A DNA stretch of 52,431 nt, filler included, from Perkinsus olseni (taxonomy: Eukaryota), in NCBI GenBank assembly GCA_013115125.1. It is 2 parts of 2 records of this genome, joined end to end, with 100 filler letters (N's around TTAATTAATTAA, not from the genome) between each part and the next. Parts side by side here need not be neighbours in the genome. Positions count along the whole stretch, not along the records: positions 1 to 26,200 come from JABANN010000487.1; positions 26,301 to 52,431 come from JABANN010000488.1. One strand, written 5' to 3'. The translations under genes and the position numbers were made by a program. The notes beneath the pieces were generated by a model, which saw only the letters and a program-made list of their open reading frames with translations, made no database searches and was not told the DNA's origin. Below, one piece after another: positions 23,601 to 34,269 of this stretch (its first letter is position 1; each line of letters begins with the position of its first letter).

Positions 23601-24960
23601 TGCCTCTTTCGTTATGACGTTCTCTGGATCACTGAGCGCTGTGAGGAACTCGACCCGTGTTACTCGTCCGTCGCCCGTGGAATCCAACATACGGATCTGT
23701 CACAATTATCACTCGCGCACTTTCGCCTACTTTCTCGAAAGTAATGAGTTAACAGGGAACTCCACCGCCCAATAAGCCCCATCATGGCGCGTGCGGGTGG
23801 TAGCGAGCTGTTCCCGCGTCATCCACGACCGGCCACACGAAGCTTTGTCTCCTGTGTCCTCGTCTAGCTATTCAATCAGAACACCTCTGCTCTCTATTCA
23901 TCAGAGTAACTACTACTTGTACCATCGGGAGAGAGTGGTTAGCGACTGACAAAGTACAGCTCCTACAGTGGGGGTCAGCCATCGAGGCTCTAAATCCCCT
24001 GGGATGGTCTCGCCCCTCTGTCTGCGGAGCTTGCTTGCGTCGCTTCCCACTGTCTGGTTCGCGAGCTAGCGAGATCGGAGACGGAGTTTTATACTCCGAG
24101 AGACAAGACAGATGCGACCGCGAAATCACGGAGTGCGCCACAGGCATGCCAGCGCTAGGCTAAGTTGTACTAGATATTCTAATTGCTCCCTCTAGTTATT
24201 ATAAAATTGTCAATAAAGATGAAGATGTGTGTTGGCTTCTCTACTTGCCCAGTGGCCTCACCCGACCGGGCGCTCGATCGCGGCTTTGGCTTCTCAACAA
24301 CTTAGTTATTACTAAGCTGGTGATAGTATACACGCGTACCCTTCAAGGTGCAATTTTGTGCCATACCGAAGGACTCGAACGAACCCCTCTCGAGTTGAGA
24401 ATGCCATCCGTGTGGTGGGAATGTTGATAAGGCGATAGCGTGACGTCGTACGCCGTAGACAAGGCAGACAGACTAGCTATATTAGCTAGCAGCCCGCATT
24501 CGCGCCAGCGCGTGGCCTCTCTTCACTTGGCCTATCGACTTCCTATGCCGCGTTCCGAAGTTAGAAGTGAGGAGTTTAGCTCTCCACGCTCTCAGAAGAG
24601 CAGGGCCACCCTCACCATTTCGACAATTTCCTCGTCTTTCACGTCGCCACCGGAGCGACCACACACGCTAGCTAAGGCCGATCGAATTCCATCGCTGTCG
24701 ATGTAGCCGTGACCGTCCACATCAACCTACACTCTCAGATTTTAAGAGAACGGCCCGACGGCTATTTTACGAGGTTGAAGATATTCTCGCAGTCTTCCAT
24801 AGAGTGGCTAGCGATGCCGCAGGTACTTCGCTTGACCAGAGCCGACGCCTCGGCTTCGTCCTTGAAAGATGATGCGCTTCGCTCCGCTGTACCACCAGCC
24901 CTCGCCGCGAGAGCGCCTGGGGAGTAGACGAAGTGATCTCATACGGAAACCGAGATTCTT
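20658..24960 (-). CDS. Multi-EF-hand calcium-binding protein with a calcineurin-B-like C-terminal half
   Basis: EF loops in exons: VDVDGHGYIDSDGI (about 24700), MLDSTGDGRVTRVEF (about 23670), AVDIRRRGVIDYAQF (about 22610), LFDNEENGSLDVREF (about 22300) and FAFMLFDEDASGSIGKEELEKII (about 21330). Both ends approximate. Confidence 0.8.
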
Positions 24961-25277
24961 TCATCGATGGTGCGCGTCCCGATGAGAGAACTCGCGAACG
25001 TGAACCAGAAATAGAGAAGAGTAAATTTTCGGTTGATTTGATAGTAAAACGTCAAAAACTGGGAAAAGACTCAGAAAAGTTGCACCAGAAACGATTTGTT
25101 AGACATGTGGCTTTCGAACGTGATACAAGAAAGAAATGAAAGCCCAGCTTCTAGCCGAGATCGCAGCGCGAGTACCGGTGCCTGAGAATGTTGCGCAGTT
25201 TGTTTCGAATTGTTCGGTCCCATCCTGAGGAGCTATCGAGGGCTCACGAAACGGGGGAGAAGAGTGTGCACCACTCA

Positions 25278-25830
25278 CTTGGTTGGGGAGGAGGAGGCCT
25301 GTCCTGCGGTAGCATCGCTGATAATAGCCAAGTGATGACGCGATAGATCCTGCGCTGATAATCGATCATAATGGCGCGCGCATTTTACCTTACGTCGCTC
25401 CGTAAGCGCGATATCAGCAGCCGCTGCAACCCGCGACTCTAGTCGGCCGTTTACCCACACTCAAACTGGAAGACGAAACCCGGCAGTTGCTGAGCGAGTT
25501 GGGCTCACTAAACGCCCATGGTGACGGGGCGGAGACGCCACAGCACGAGGAAGCCGACGACGACGCCTACGACTCCTCGGGGAACCATCACCCTCACCGA
25601 AAACTCCGCTGCTCGAAGCGAGCGGCGGCCAAGGCGCACTCGGCGGCTTCTGCTGCCTTTTGTTATGACAATGGAGCCGGGGGCTGCGATGAATGTTCGC
25701 GACTTCGATTTTCGGGGTATCTCCCGCCGGGGATGGAGAAGGTGATGGGGAGAAGGGGGTACTTGGCGATGATCGATAAGTTCTCGAATGAGATGGGTGA
25801 GATGACGAGAGGCGCCACGACGAGAGCTCA
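25278..25830 (-). CDS. Ser/Pro-rich exon(s), possibly upstream exons of the EF-hand gene
   Basis: Long open minus frame (SSPSTPFSPSPSPSPAGDTPKIEV…) and an exon DLSRHHLAIISDATAGQASSSPT bounded by AG and GT. Confidence 0.35.
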
Positions 25831-25897
25831 CAAGAAAAAACGAGGTAATAGTGGTGGGTGGGGCTGGGGGTTCTCAGCGTTCTAATAGTGAGGGTAA

Positions 25898-25965
25898 TGC
25901 TCCTGGTGGGAGTTGAACCTGTGGTGTGTCGCTATGCGGACGTGTGCTCTACCGTTCCGCTGAAC
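25898..25965 (-). pseudogene. tRNA pseudogene or tRNA-derived SINE head
   Basis: Minus strand reads gttcagcggaacggtagagcac…caccacaggttcaactcccaccaggagca, with A- and B-box-like motifs. The acceptor and T stems are not intact. Confidence 0.55.
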
Positions 25966-26200
25966 TTGTTGCTGCTTCGGGCAGCGCATGTTTTATCCAC
26001 ATAACGGGAGTGGTATTTTATCGATGACTTAGGTTGGGTCCTAGCGGAAGAATGGAAGGCTGGAGTGTCCTCCACTAAAAAACGGCCGCGTGTCAAGAAA
26101 ACTGTTGCCGAGTAAGCCCCACGTGGGGATAAAAGCCGCTTTACTTCCCGGGAGTTTGGGAGAGGTGGAACGCAGGAGTGACGGTGGGAATACCTGAACC

Positions 26201-26300
26201 NNNNNNNNNNNNNNNNNNNNNNNNNNNNNNNNNNNNNNNNNNNNTTAATTAATTAANNNNNNNNNNNNNNNNNNNNNNNNNNNNNNNNNNNNNNNNNNNN
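26201..26300. other. Assembly gap containing a TTAATTAATTAA linker
   Basis: N runs flank ttaattaattaa, which has stops in all six frames and is typical of an artificial spacer. Confidence 0.9.
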
Positions 26301-26301
26301 C

Positions 26302-26370
<69 letters not shown>
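26301..26370. repeat. (CAA)n microsatellite at the contig edge
   Basis: About 23 perfect caa units running into the gap. Confidence 0.95.
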
Positions 26371-26371
<1 letters not shown>

Positions 26372-26526
26372 TGAAAGCTGACAGAGCCCGTATCAGCTAT
26401 GAAGTAAAGTCTCTCGCCATCGAGGAGCAGCTCCGTGCGTAGGAAACATTCTTCATAGAGTTCGTATGCAATATGGGCAGAAAGTGTCTCAGCACCAGTG
26501 TGCGGGAAGTACGCTTTCGCGTCCAC
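26371..26526 (-). pseudogene. Partial aspartic protease (N-terminal lobe), truncated by the microsatellite and gap
   Basis: YEECFLRTELLLDGERLYFIADTGSVSFH, paralogous to the neighbouring proteases. Confidence 0.75.
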
Positions 26527-26974
26527 GGATACCTTCCTCGCCCTTCGAGCGCTAGGTGCAACGGACTCTGTGCAGCGCTAAGCATATCTCAGCAGTTGAC
26601 TACGTTTCGTTCAAAGTCGAGCATAATAGCTCAGCTGGTACTGCTTCCCGTGCAACACCTAGCGAAGCGTTATTTGACCGGATGCTCGGCCGCTGGGGTC
26701 AATAATTCAGGAAATTGCGCGTGCCAAACGAAAATGTACAAAGAAATCCTCCGCCCACAGTAGGAGATACCAGTAGGAGCCTCATAGCCTGGCAGCATTC
26801 GAAAGATAACAGCATTCTCGGAACTATGTAACGCCCGCCGATAGAGTCGGTCTGATAGACTAGAACGCAACAGTTCAGAGGTGAGGACAGCTTGACTCAC
26901 AACATCCACACCAGGGGCACGACAGTCGTGGCCGTTCAAAGCTTTTATCCGAGAAGGGAGCTTTCTCATTGATC

Positions 26975-28102
26975 TCAGCTCCGCTCTGACGGTTTTTCTT
27001 GGTCAACAACGAAGCCAATCTTTCCTTCTCTGGCATCGAATCGTATAGTTCTATTCCTGAATAGAGGCATGCCTAAGCTCCAGGTACTCATAGGCTCTTG
27101 TCTAATGTTTAAATCGCATTTTGGTTTATCTTCTAACCCGGGAGATTTCTCGATGAGCCGTTCACCCGGGATGGATAGGGTATAAAAACTGTCTGCCTCC
27201 GAGATGAACTTCAGGTCGAGATCTGGCAGGTACTTGGAGTCGTCAAAAAATAGCCAATAGCGGCCCGGCTTCCTCCTTTTGACTATCTCCCCAGAGAATC
27301 TATTGGCTTCCGTGATAACATAAGAAATGAGCTTCTCGACTTCTTTTAAAGGCCCGCTTATGAACGGATCTCCTGAGTCCACGATAGCCAAGCTGTCGAT
27401 CTTTAGCTGATCGTTTCCTCTGACGGATATGCTAGACAACATGACAGACCATTTAGGAACGCCTAAAATATCAACTCCGACGGGGAAGTAAACTAGAACT
27501 CCCCGCTCGGAAGGATTCTTCGGTTCCAATTCGCCTAATGTGAGTTCGCCGTATCCTGCGAGGGTGTCCGGTAGTCTGATAGTGAAAACGGGCTCATCAA
27601 TAATCCCGCTCTTGGTCAGCTGTTCCAAGAATGTATTCGACCTCCTACGAGGCAGACCCAAGCCAAGGCTCGCCTCCGGGCGTGCTTTCCCGCTCTCCCA
27701 AACTCCCTCTACCGACTTCCACAAGGCGCCGACCACGACATTGAGGCTCATCTCAGTTTCGAATCCACCCGAGGCGGATTCAACCAGCCCATCCATTGAG
27801 CGTATCTCCTCTCTTGACCTCCTGTAATTCTTGGGTAAGGTGACCATTCCAGTCGCGAGGACTTCCAGCTCGTCGAGGGACAAGTCGTAGCAGTTGTAAG
27901 GGTAACGCTCACACCAGCCCGGGAAGTAGCACCGTCCAACGGCATGAAAGCTGATAGAGCCCGTGTCCGCTACAAAGCGGACACTCTGACCACCCAGGAG
28001 CAGCTCAGTGCGCAGAAAGCCCCGCTCGTAGAAGAGTGGAAGCCGGACGGAGCACCAGACTTGTAGCGGGATGACGAGGGTGCAACTAGTCCGATACTTC
28101 AT
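26975..28102 (-). CDS. Intronless pepsin-like (A1) aspartic protease, probably secreted
   Basis: MKYRTSCTLVIPLQVWC leader, VADTGS, ASLGLG, IVDSGDPFISGP, WSLGMPLFRNRTIRFDAREGKIGF. Confidence 0.9.
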   Translation of the reverse strand: MKYRTSCTLVIPLQVWCSVRLPLFYERGFLRTELLLGGQSVRFVADTGSISFHAVGRCYFPGWCERYPYNCYDLSLDELEVLATGMVTLPKNYRRSREEIRSMDGLVESASGGFETEMSLNVVVGALWKSVEGVWESGKARPEASLGLGLPRRRSNTFLEQLTKSGIIDEPVFTIRLPDTLAGYGELTLGELEPKNPSERGVLVYFPVGVDILGVPKWSVMLSSISVRGNDQLKIDSLAIVDSGDPFISGPLKEVEKLISYVITEANRFSGEIVKRRKPGRYWLFFDDSKYLPDLDLKFISEADSFYTLSIPGERLIEKSPGLEDKPKCDLNIRQEPMSTWSLGMPLFRNRTIRFDAREGKIGFVVDQEKPSERS

Positions 28103-28408
28103 AGCAAAGCAAATGATAATAGAATCTGCGCCATGATGACGCCGGCATCCAACCATTCCAGCGAGAAAAGGGCCCGCCCTACTCTATAACATGGAGTTCA
28201 GTTCCCAAGCGTGTCATCCATTCACAGGATGCCCCTCGAGCATAGAACTGAAAGGTTCCCGCCAGCGGAGTTGGCCCTAACAACACCTCTAATCAGGTGA
28301 TCTCTCTGAAATTTCCAGCGACGCAGACACTAGCGCTACCTTCGCACCTGCTTCAGCTAAGGCCAAGGAAAGACCTCTCTTCGCTGCTCGCGTGGCTCAG
28401 AGTCCTCA

Positions 28409-28651
28409 GTGTTAGCTACTACGAACACGGGATGGACCTCTGGAAAGAGGATTTCTCGAGCAATCGTGACAGCTCAATTCCTGGGCGTGCCGAAAGCACA
28501 CTCCTGGTATCACAGCGATCCTCATGGAGCGGCGCTGTCTGAGTGCTGCTCCTTGGTCCGCAGTCAACGCCCACTGGTCGTTGCGAAGGTTGCCCCCTTG
28601 CTACCTTTCGACAATACTCGTTACCGGGATTACCGCGGCAACATAAGCTAG
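28409..28651 (+). pseudogene. Fragment of an unknown gene (SRAIVTAQFLG motif) divergent from the protease
   Basis: The motif at 28454-28486 recurs at 33866-33898 with only synonymous changes, and in diverged form at 31000-31032. Confidence 0.4.
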
Positions 28652-28886
28652 ATAAGCACTCATCGCAGCTACAGTACAGCTCCTCAATTTTGAGCGTACA
28701 GAATGGTCCTTTTCTTCTGCGGAACCCGGCGAGATGCTGAGCGTGTACGGTTGCCGGCCCATTGGGAGAACTCAACATGACCACGGGAAGTAAGTGGTAG
28801 AAAATCAATGAGCAAAAACGAGCGTGACGCAACTACTGTTTATATCAATCAGGCTCATAGCTCGCGCCCCGCTCATGGTGAGGCCA

Positions 28887-29260
28887 CTAATAACGCAGGC
28901 TGGCCACACGTATTGTAGGAGTGTTCGTTATGCCTTCGCTAGCTGAGAATTTTGGTATGATGTTGGGAAGGTACTGAGCGTCATCGCAGTATAACCAGGA
29001 CACACCTGCTTCGGTGCTATGGACGACTTCTCTAGAATTTCTCAGGTTTGCCGCCTTTACGAGATCGGCGAGGATCTTCCCAGCTTCTTCGGGGTGTCCG
29101 CCCAAGAACGACTCTCTGGAGTCCACGAAAGCGACTTGTCCAATCTTTAGCTCGTCATGGCCGCTCACAGCTATACTATACAGCATGACCGTTCATTCCC
29201 TCGAGTTTGATGTGAGAAAGGTAGACGAAGGTCCCTAATTCTTCTGGTCTCTGGGCTGCC
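28887..29260 (-). pseudogene. Aspartic protease C-lobe fragment
   Basis: VMLYSIAVSGHDELKIGQVAFVDSRESFLGGHPEEAGK…WLYCDDAQYLP is close to the 29610 gene. DSG is changed to DSR, with a stop upstream and a truncation. Confidence 0.8.
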
Positions 29261-29609
29261 CACAAGCCTATTGTAAGGCCCGCCGCTGAACTGACCTCCG
29301 AGTTCTCCGAACCCATGCCCCTATTTCGACCCTACCATCAACCTGCTGCCTCTACTCGCTAATATGATGTCTTCAACCGCTGGCATGACAGCCCCACTCT
29401 ACGCCAAGAGCGCTGGAATAACGGCTCTGATAACAACGGCATCCCAGCCTCTGGGTGTCGGATTTACTCCAACGTAATTGCAAGTTCAATACTAGAAACA
29501 TCGACGTCGATGGCTCACGATTACGATGAACGTGACTCGGCAAGGGCGACGGGTGTATGCTCTCTAACCATCCAGCCTCGCACGCCACCCCAAGATTCTC
29601 GGCACAGGT

Positions 29610-30734
29610 TCAGTCTTGTTTCTGCGCTGCACTTTCCTCAAGGACCAAGGCAACGCTTCCTCCACGGGCATCAAAGCGTATAGTCCTGTTCCGGAAAAGA
29701 GGAACCCCCAGGGTCCATTGCCAGCCTTCCCGCCTCTCGATCGCGAGTATACAGCGAGGTGCCTCTTCTATCCTTCGGAACTCGACGAGGTATTTGCCTC
29801 GGATTTTCACGGTATTCGCTATGCCCTCACTTGTTGAGAACCTAAGCGTTAGGTCAGGCAGGTACTCAGCGTCATTGCAGTGTAGCCAATGAGGGCCCCA
29901 CGGGGTGCTGTAAACGATCTGCTCAGGCCTCCCCGAGTTGGCTTCCCCGACGAACTCGGTAATTAGTTTACCAGCTTCCTCGGGTGGACCGGCTAGATTG
30001 AAATCTCCAGAGTCCACGAGGGCGTATGTCCCAATGTTCAGCTCGTCATAGCCGCTCACAGCTATACTGGACAACATGACCGTCCATTCCCTCGGATTTG
30101 TTGTCGCTATGGGAAGATAGACGAGAGTTCCCGATTCCTCTGGTCTCTGGGCTTCCAATGAGCCCATTTTGAGTTCACCGTTCTCCGTGAAGTTCGCCGG
30201 CAATCTAATGCTGAATAGAGCGTGGCTGATGGCTCCAGAGGCGAGAAGCTGTTCCAAGACTGTATCGGATCCTGTCCGCGGGAAACCCAAACCGAGGCTC
30301 GCTTCGGGATTGGTACCGCCGCTCACCCACCCCTCTACGATGGACCAGCTATAAGTGTGAACCACCGCGTGAAGCCGCATGCCCACACCAACGAATCCTG
30401 AAGCTCTTACGAACGCGACTTGGCCCTCCACTGGTCGCATCTCTTCTAGCCAGTTAAAATACTTCTTCAGCATCCCTCTCGTTCCTGGTGCTCCCGGCTC
30501 GTAGTGCAAGGACTGGCGACAGTTGTGAGGGTACCGCTGGCACCAGTCTGGGAAGGAGTTCCTATCGACAGCATGAAAGCTGACGGACCCCGTGTCCACA
30601 ACAGGACGGATCTTTTCACCATCAAGGAGCAGCTCTGTGCGAAAGAAATATTCTTCGTAGAAGACCGGAAGTTTGGTGATGCACCGGACTTGCAACAGGC
30701 GAAGCATGATGAGGTAGGTTTCCCAGAAATTCAT
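29610..30734 (-). CDS. Intronless pepsin-like (A1) aspartic protease, probably secreted
   Basis: Leader ending LLQVRC, VVDTGS, ASLGLG, LVDSGDFNLAGP, WTLGVPLFRNRTIRFD. Confidence 0.9.
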   Translation of the reverse strand: MNFWETYLIMLRLLQVRCITKLPVFYEEYFFRTELLLDGEKIRPVVDTGSVSFHAVDRNSFPDWCQRYPHNCRQSLHYEPGAPGTRGMLKKYFNWLEEMRPVEGQVAFVRASGFVGVGMRLHAVVHTYSWSIVEGWVSGGTNPEASLGLGFPRTGSDTVLEQLLASGAISHALFSIRLPANFTENGELKMGSLEAQRPEESGTLVYLPIATTNPREWTVMLSSIAVSGYDELNIGTYALVDSGDFNLAGPPEEAGKLITEFVGEANSGRPEQIVYSTPWGPHWLHCNDAEYLPDLTLRFSTSEGIANTVKIRGKYLVEFRRIEEAPRCILAIERREGWQWTLGVPLFRNRTIRFDARGGSVALVLEESAAQKQD

Positions 30735-32236
30735 AAGGAGCACAAGACTGACTAAGCTTATACCATCTCACGACCTCGCGGCTGCATTCAGCAGTGGATA
30801 GCAAGTGCGGATCTTAACGTCCGAAGATTCCTTCTCCATGGTAGTGACCATGACGCGAAGCTTACTGCAAGCTTACTCAAGTTAACCCACTGTTCCATTG
30901 ACTACCCCCGGGGTAGTACCCCGGCTCAAGCTTTCACTCGCTCGGTGTCCGGCTAACCAACCCTTGCTCACCAACACACAACGCGGCAGGAAAAGGAGTT
31001 CTCGGTCAGTTGGGAGTGCTCAATTCCAGGGCGAGATCAACGACAGCATCAGCGTGCCGTCTCTTCGCCACTGGAGGCAATTGCACGGCGACAGTTGGCA
31101 GTTCCAAACAGGAAATCGGCCTCGCTATAGCTATACCGGGCAGCCGTTTCAGGCGGGAGATGTGAACTGAATTTACCGTCGTTGAACTCCGCTGCAACCC
31201 GAAGACGCTACTCACTCAGAGTGCTCAGCCTTCGCTCAACTCTTTCCATCAGCCGCCGAATGCTTTCATCTACGATTCTCCCCCGCGCTGCGCACAAGAC
31301 TATTTGTTTCTCATTTCTTGTTAACTCCTTCAGGAATAACTCCTCATCCGGACATAAAGCGAATCAAGTAGTCCCACAGAGCCACGATAGTTCAATCGTC
31401 ACCCGCCAGGCTCTACTGCTGAGTACCCCCACGAAGGCTCGCTCCAAGACATTACAGGAAGTCATTGACGCAAGGCTGCTGAGGATAGGTCAGAGTAGCG
31501 CCCACCCTCGTCTGTTTTTCCTAGTTGAGTCGTGACATATCTCAACTCGGAGCTCTGCTCAGGACGACAGGCTCTGCAGGACTTGCACAGCAATGTATTG
31601 GTATTGAGTGAGTTGACTCAGAGATGTCCTGAGATTCGGTCACACCTTGATCGGATACCTCAGTTAGGTGCCAAGGACCAGGAAATGTAAGACGGCGCTC
31701 CACCTACAATCGTTGCTCTACTGCGAGCGCCGCACTTGCACGCGACCATCTCATCGTCCGGTTTCCAGATTACAGTGGTACCAGGGCCTGGTCTTGGATA
31801 TGCCTTTGCCCAAGCCTTCGCCACACTTAGACGAGGCTCGCGACTCTGGAAGCCTGTCCTAGTTCTTAAGACCAGCTCAATGCTGCTGGCTTTTCTATAT
31901 ACCAACATGTTACTGCGGCCTGCAGTCTACCGGCCCGTCCGAACCATCAAACCCTATCAGACGCAATCTGAAGTCAGCTCGGGTTTTGTTCTAGTCAGCG
32001 ACGGCGGTAGTGGAAACCCGGGTCGCAGGGCCCTCAGAAGTACTACGACCGAGCATGCCGCTCCTACAGCGATGTAGGAACCGAAATTGATTCGCTTAAA
32101 GGTGCGTACCGGCGAATAACAAGGTTCAAAAAGTGATGATACGCGTTGCTGGCATTCATACCCTGCATTGCAGTCCACTGGAACATAACAATGAGAAAGG
32201 CATAAAGATGGTACAACTCACGAAAGTCGTGTTAAT

Positions 32237-33521
32237 TTACAGAGTACCACACGCGACGAGCTTAGAGTCGAGTGCAGAAAATGTAGAGTTGCATCGAACG
32301 AATATAGCTTCCAAGCCCGGTTGCAGCACTCGTTCGAATGCCCACAACTCTTTGTCCCTTGTCTTCTCCCGACTGAGGGTTACGCCTAGCTTCCCAGTGC
32401 GAAAATCGAAGTCTATGTCCCTTCCTCGGAAGAGAGGTACGCCTAACACCCAGTAGTCTCTATCTCGTGGCTTCAGCGCCAATTTACAAGGTGAATCATT
32501 GCCAGCCTCTGGCAATTCCCTCGTGAGGTATCGTCCACTTATCGTTAGCCTACTGGCCGTGCCGCTTCCCTCAACAGTGAAGTCCAGGTGAAGATCAGGT
32601 AGGTACTTCGCATCATCGCACTTCAACCAATAATAGCCCGACGTACTCCATTTAACCACCCCTTCACCTTCCTTCGAACGGGCTCGCTCAATAACGGATG
32701 AGATCAGCTCTTCGACTTGGCCGGGTGGGCCGAATGGCCGGGTGGGCCGAATATGAAAGGACATCCGGAATCATGCAGAGCAGGCTGCTCAGTGCGCACG
32801 TAGCTACCGCTCACGACAGATATGCTAGCCAACATGACTTCCCATCTTCTCTTGTATCGAGAGGTCCGTTGATGAATTGGTAGATGAAGAAGGGTGCCCA
32901 AATCGGAGGTATTCGTGCGCTCCCGGTTACCTATGATGAGCCCACCATTCTCTGTGTTACTTGGTGGCAACATCAATGTGAATACTCGCTCTTTGTCCTT
33001 GATGATGCCGTGTTCCACTAGCTGGTCAAGGTAGGAGATAGTGCCTTGCCGAGGAGGACCTAAGCCCAGAATTGCCGCGGGCTCGGCGCCCTCTTCCACT
33101 TTGTCCTCTCTCGTACACGCACGAGCGACAACATGGAAGCTCATCTCAGTTCTGTAGGGCTTGGCGGCCCGCCAATGGCGGGACCGGTGAGCTGGATTGT
33201 CCCATTCATCAGCCGCATATCATATACTAGTCTATGGTAGGTTTTAGTGCAGCTTTCCTCTGCTTTAGAATTCTCCAAGGCGCGCTTCGTAACCGGTGAC
33301 AACTTGTAACAATTCTTGGGGTGGGGTCGGCAAGATTTCTCGAAGTAGTTCCGAGCTACAACGTGGAAGCTGACCAAGCCTGTATCAACCAACAGATGTA
33401 CTTTTTGACTGCCGATAGTCACTTCAGTGCGAAAGTGGCCGTCCTCGTAAAACACAGGTAACTTGACAAAACAACGAACTTGCAACGGCACTGCGAGTAG
33501 GAGAATCTTTGGGTATCTCAT
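32237..33521 (-). pseudogene. Frameshifted aspartic protease
   Basis: Three overlapping ORFs carry the leader and LVDTGL, then AILGLG and LHDSGC, then WVLGVPLFR. There is a frameshift near 33142 and a perfect 17-nt tandem duplication (32718-32751) that shifts frame. Confidence 0.85.
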
Positions 33522-33796
33522 TTTAGAGAAAAGAAGAAAGACTCTGAGCTACGTGGGGAAGCTGAGCAACCACGAGCTGTCTCATTGATATCCAAACGTA
33601 GCCTCTCAAATCCTACAGCAGTTAGTAACCTCTACTAGTGACGATGATGAGGCGCGATCAAGCTGATTCACGAGCATTGCTCCCAGTCGTCTGAGGGTGC
33701 AGATGATAATCTCAAGGTCAGAACTCAGAGTCCTGAGCCCTGTTCGACGCAGTGACTCACAAGCGGCTCCTAGAGGCGTACCATAACGGATAACCA

Positions 33797-33979
33797 ATGG
33801 CTTTCTTCTGGCCTTCACCACAGCTCACTACGTGCGAAGCGACGGAAAGCAGTGGGAAAACGTGTTCTCGGGCAATCGTTACTGCCCAATTCCTCGGCGC
33901 GGCGTGCAACAGCAGCAGAGATTTGCCCTATCAGTGTTCAGTGATGAAAGAACCGGAAGCGATCGTCACGACCAACTGA
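33797..33979 (+). pseudogene. Fragment of an unknown gene (SRAIVTAQFLG motif) divergent from the protease
   Basis: KTCSRAIVTAQFLGAAC, paralog of 28409-28651. Confidence 0.4.
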
Positions 33980-34269
33980 CAGCCTACCGGGCACGCCTTA
34001 CCCGGGAATAGCGGGGCGCGGTATCCCTTGAACTGGACGTCTTCGTGCTCGGTGAGGATAAGCGGAGTTTTTAGGGCGTTTTCATTCGAGAACGTAGCGT
34101 ATAAGATTTGATCACCGATGGATCGCGTTATTGCTAAGATTTGGTCGGCTGTTTGCTTCGGGTGTTCCGGTAGAATCACAGTAGCATCACAAGGCCATTG
34201 CTAGGATGCGTTAGACTGCCAGCGTAACTAAACTCAATCACCCTTGTTAAAGTAAAATCGGTCAATCTT

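Noticed and set aside
26245-26256. TTAATTAATTAA between N runs
   Set aside because: Artificial scaffold linker with stops in all frames.
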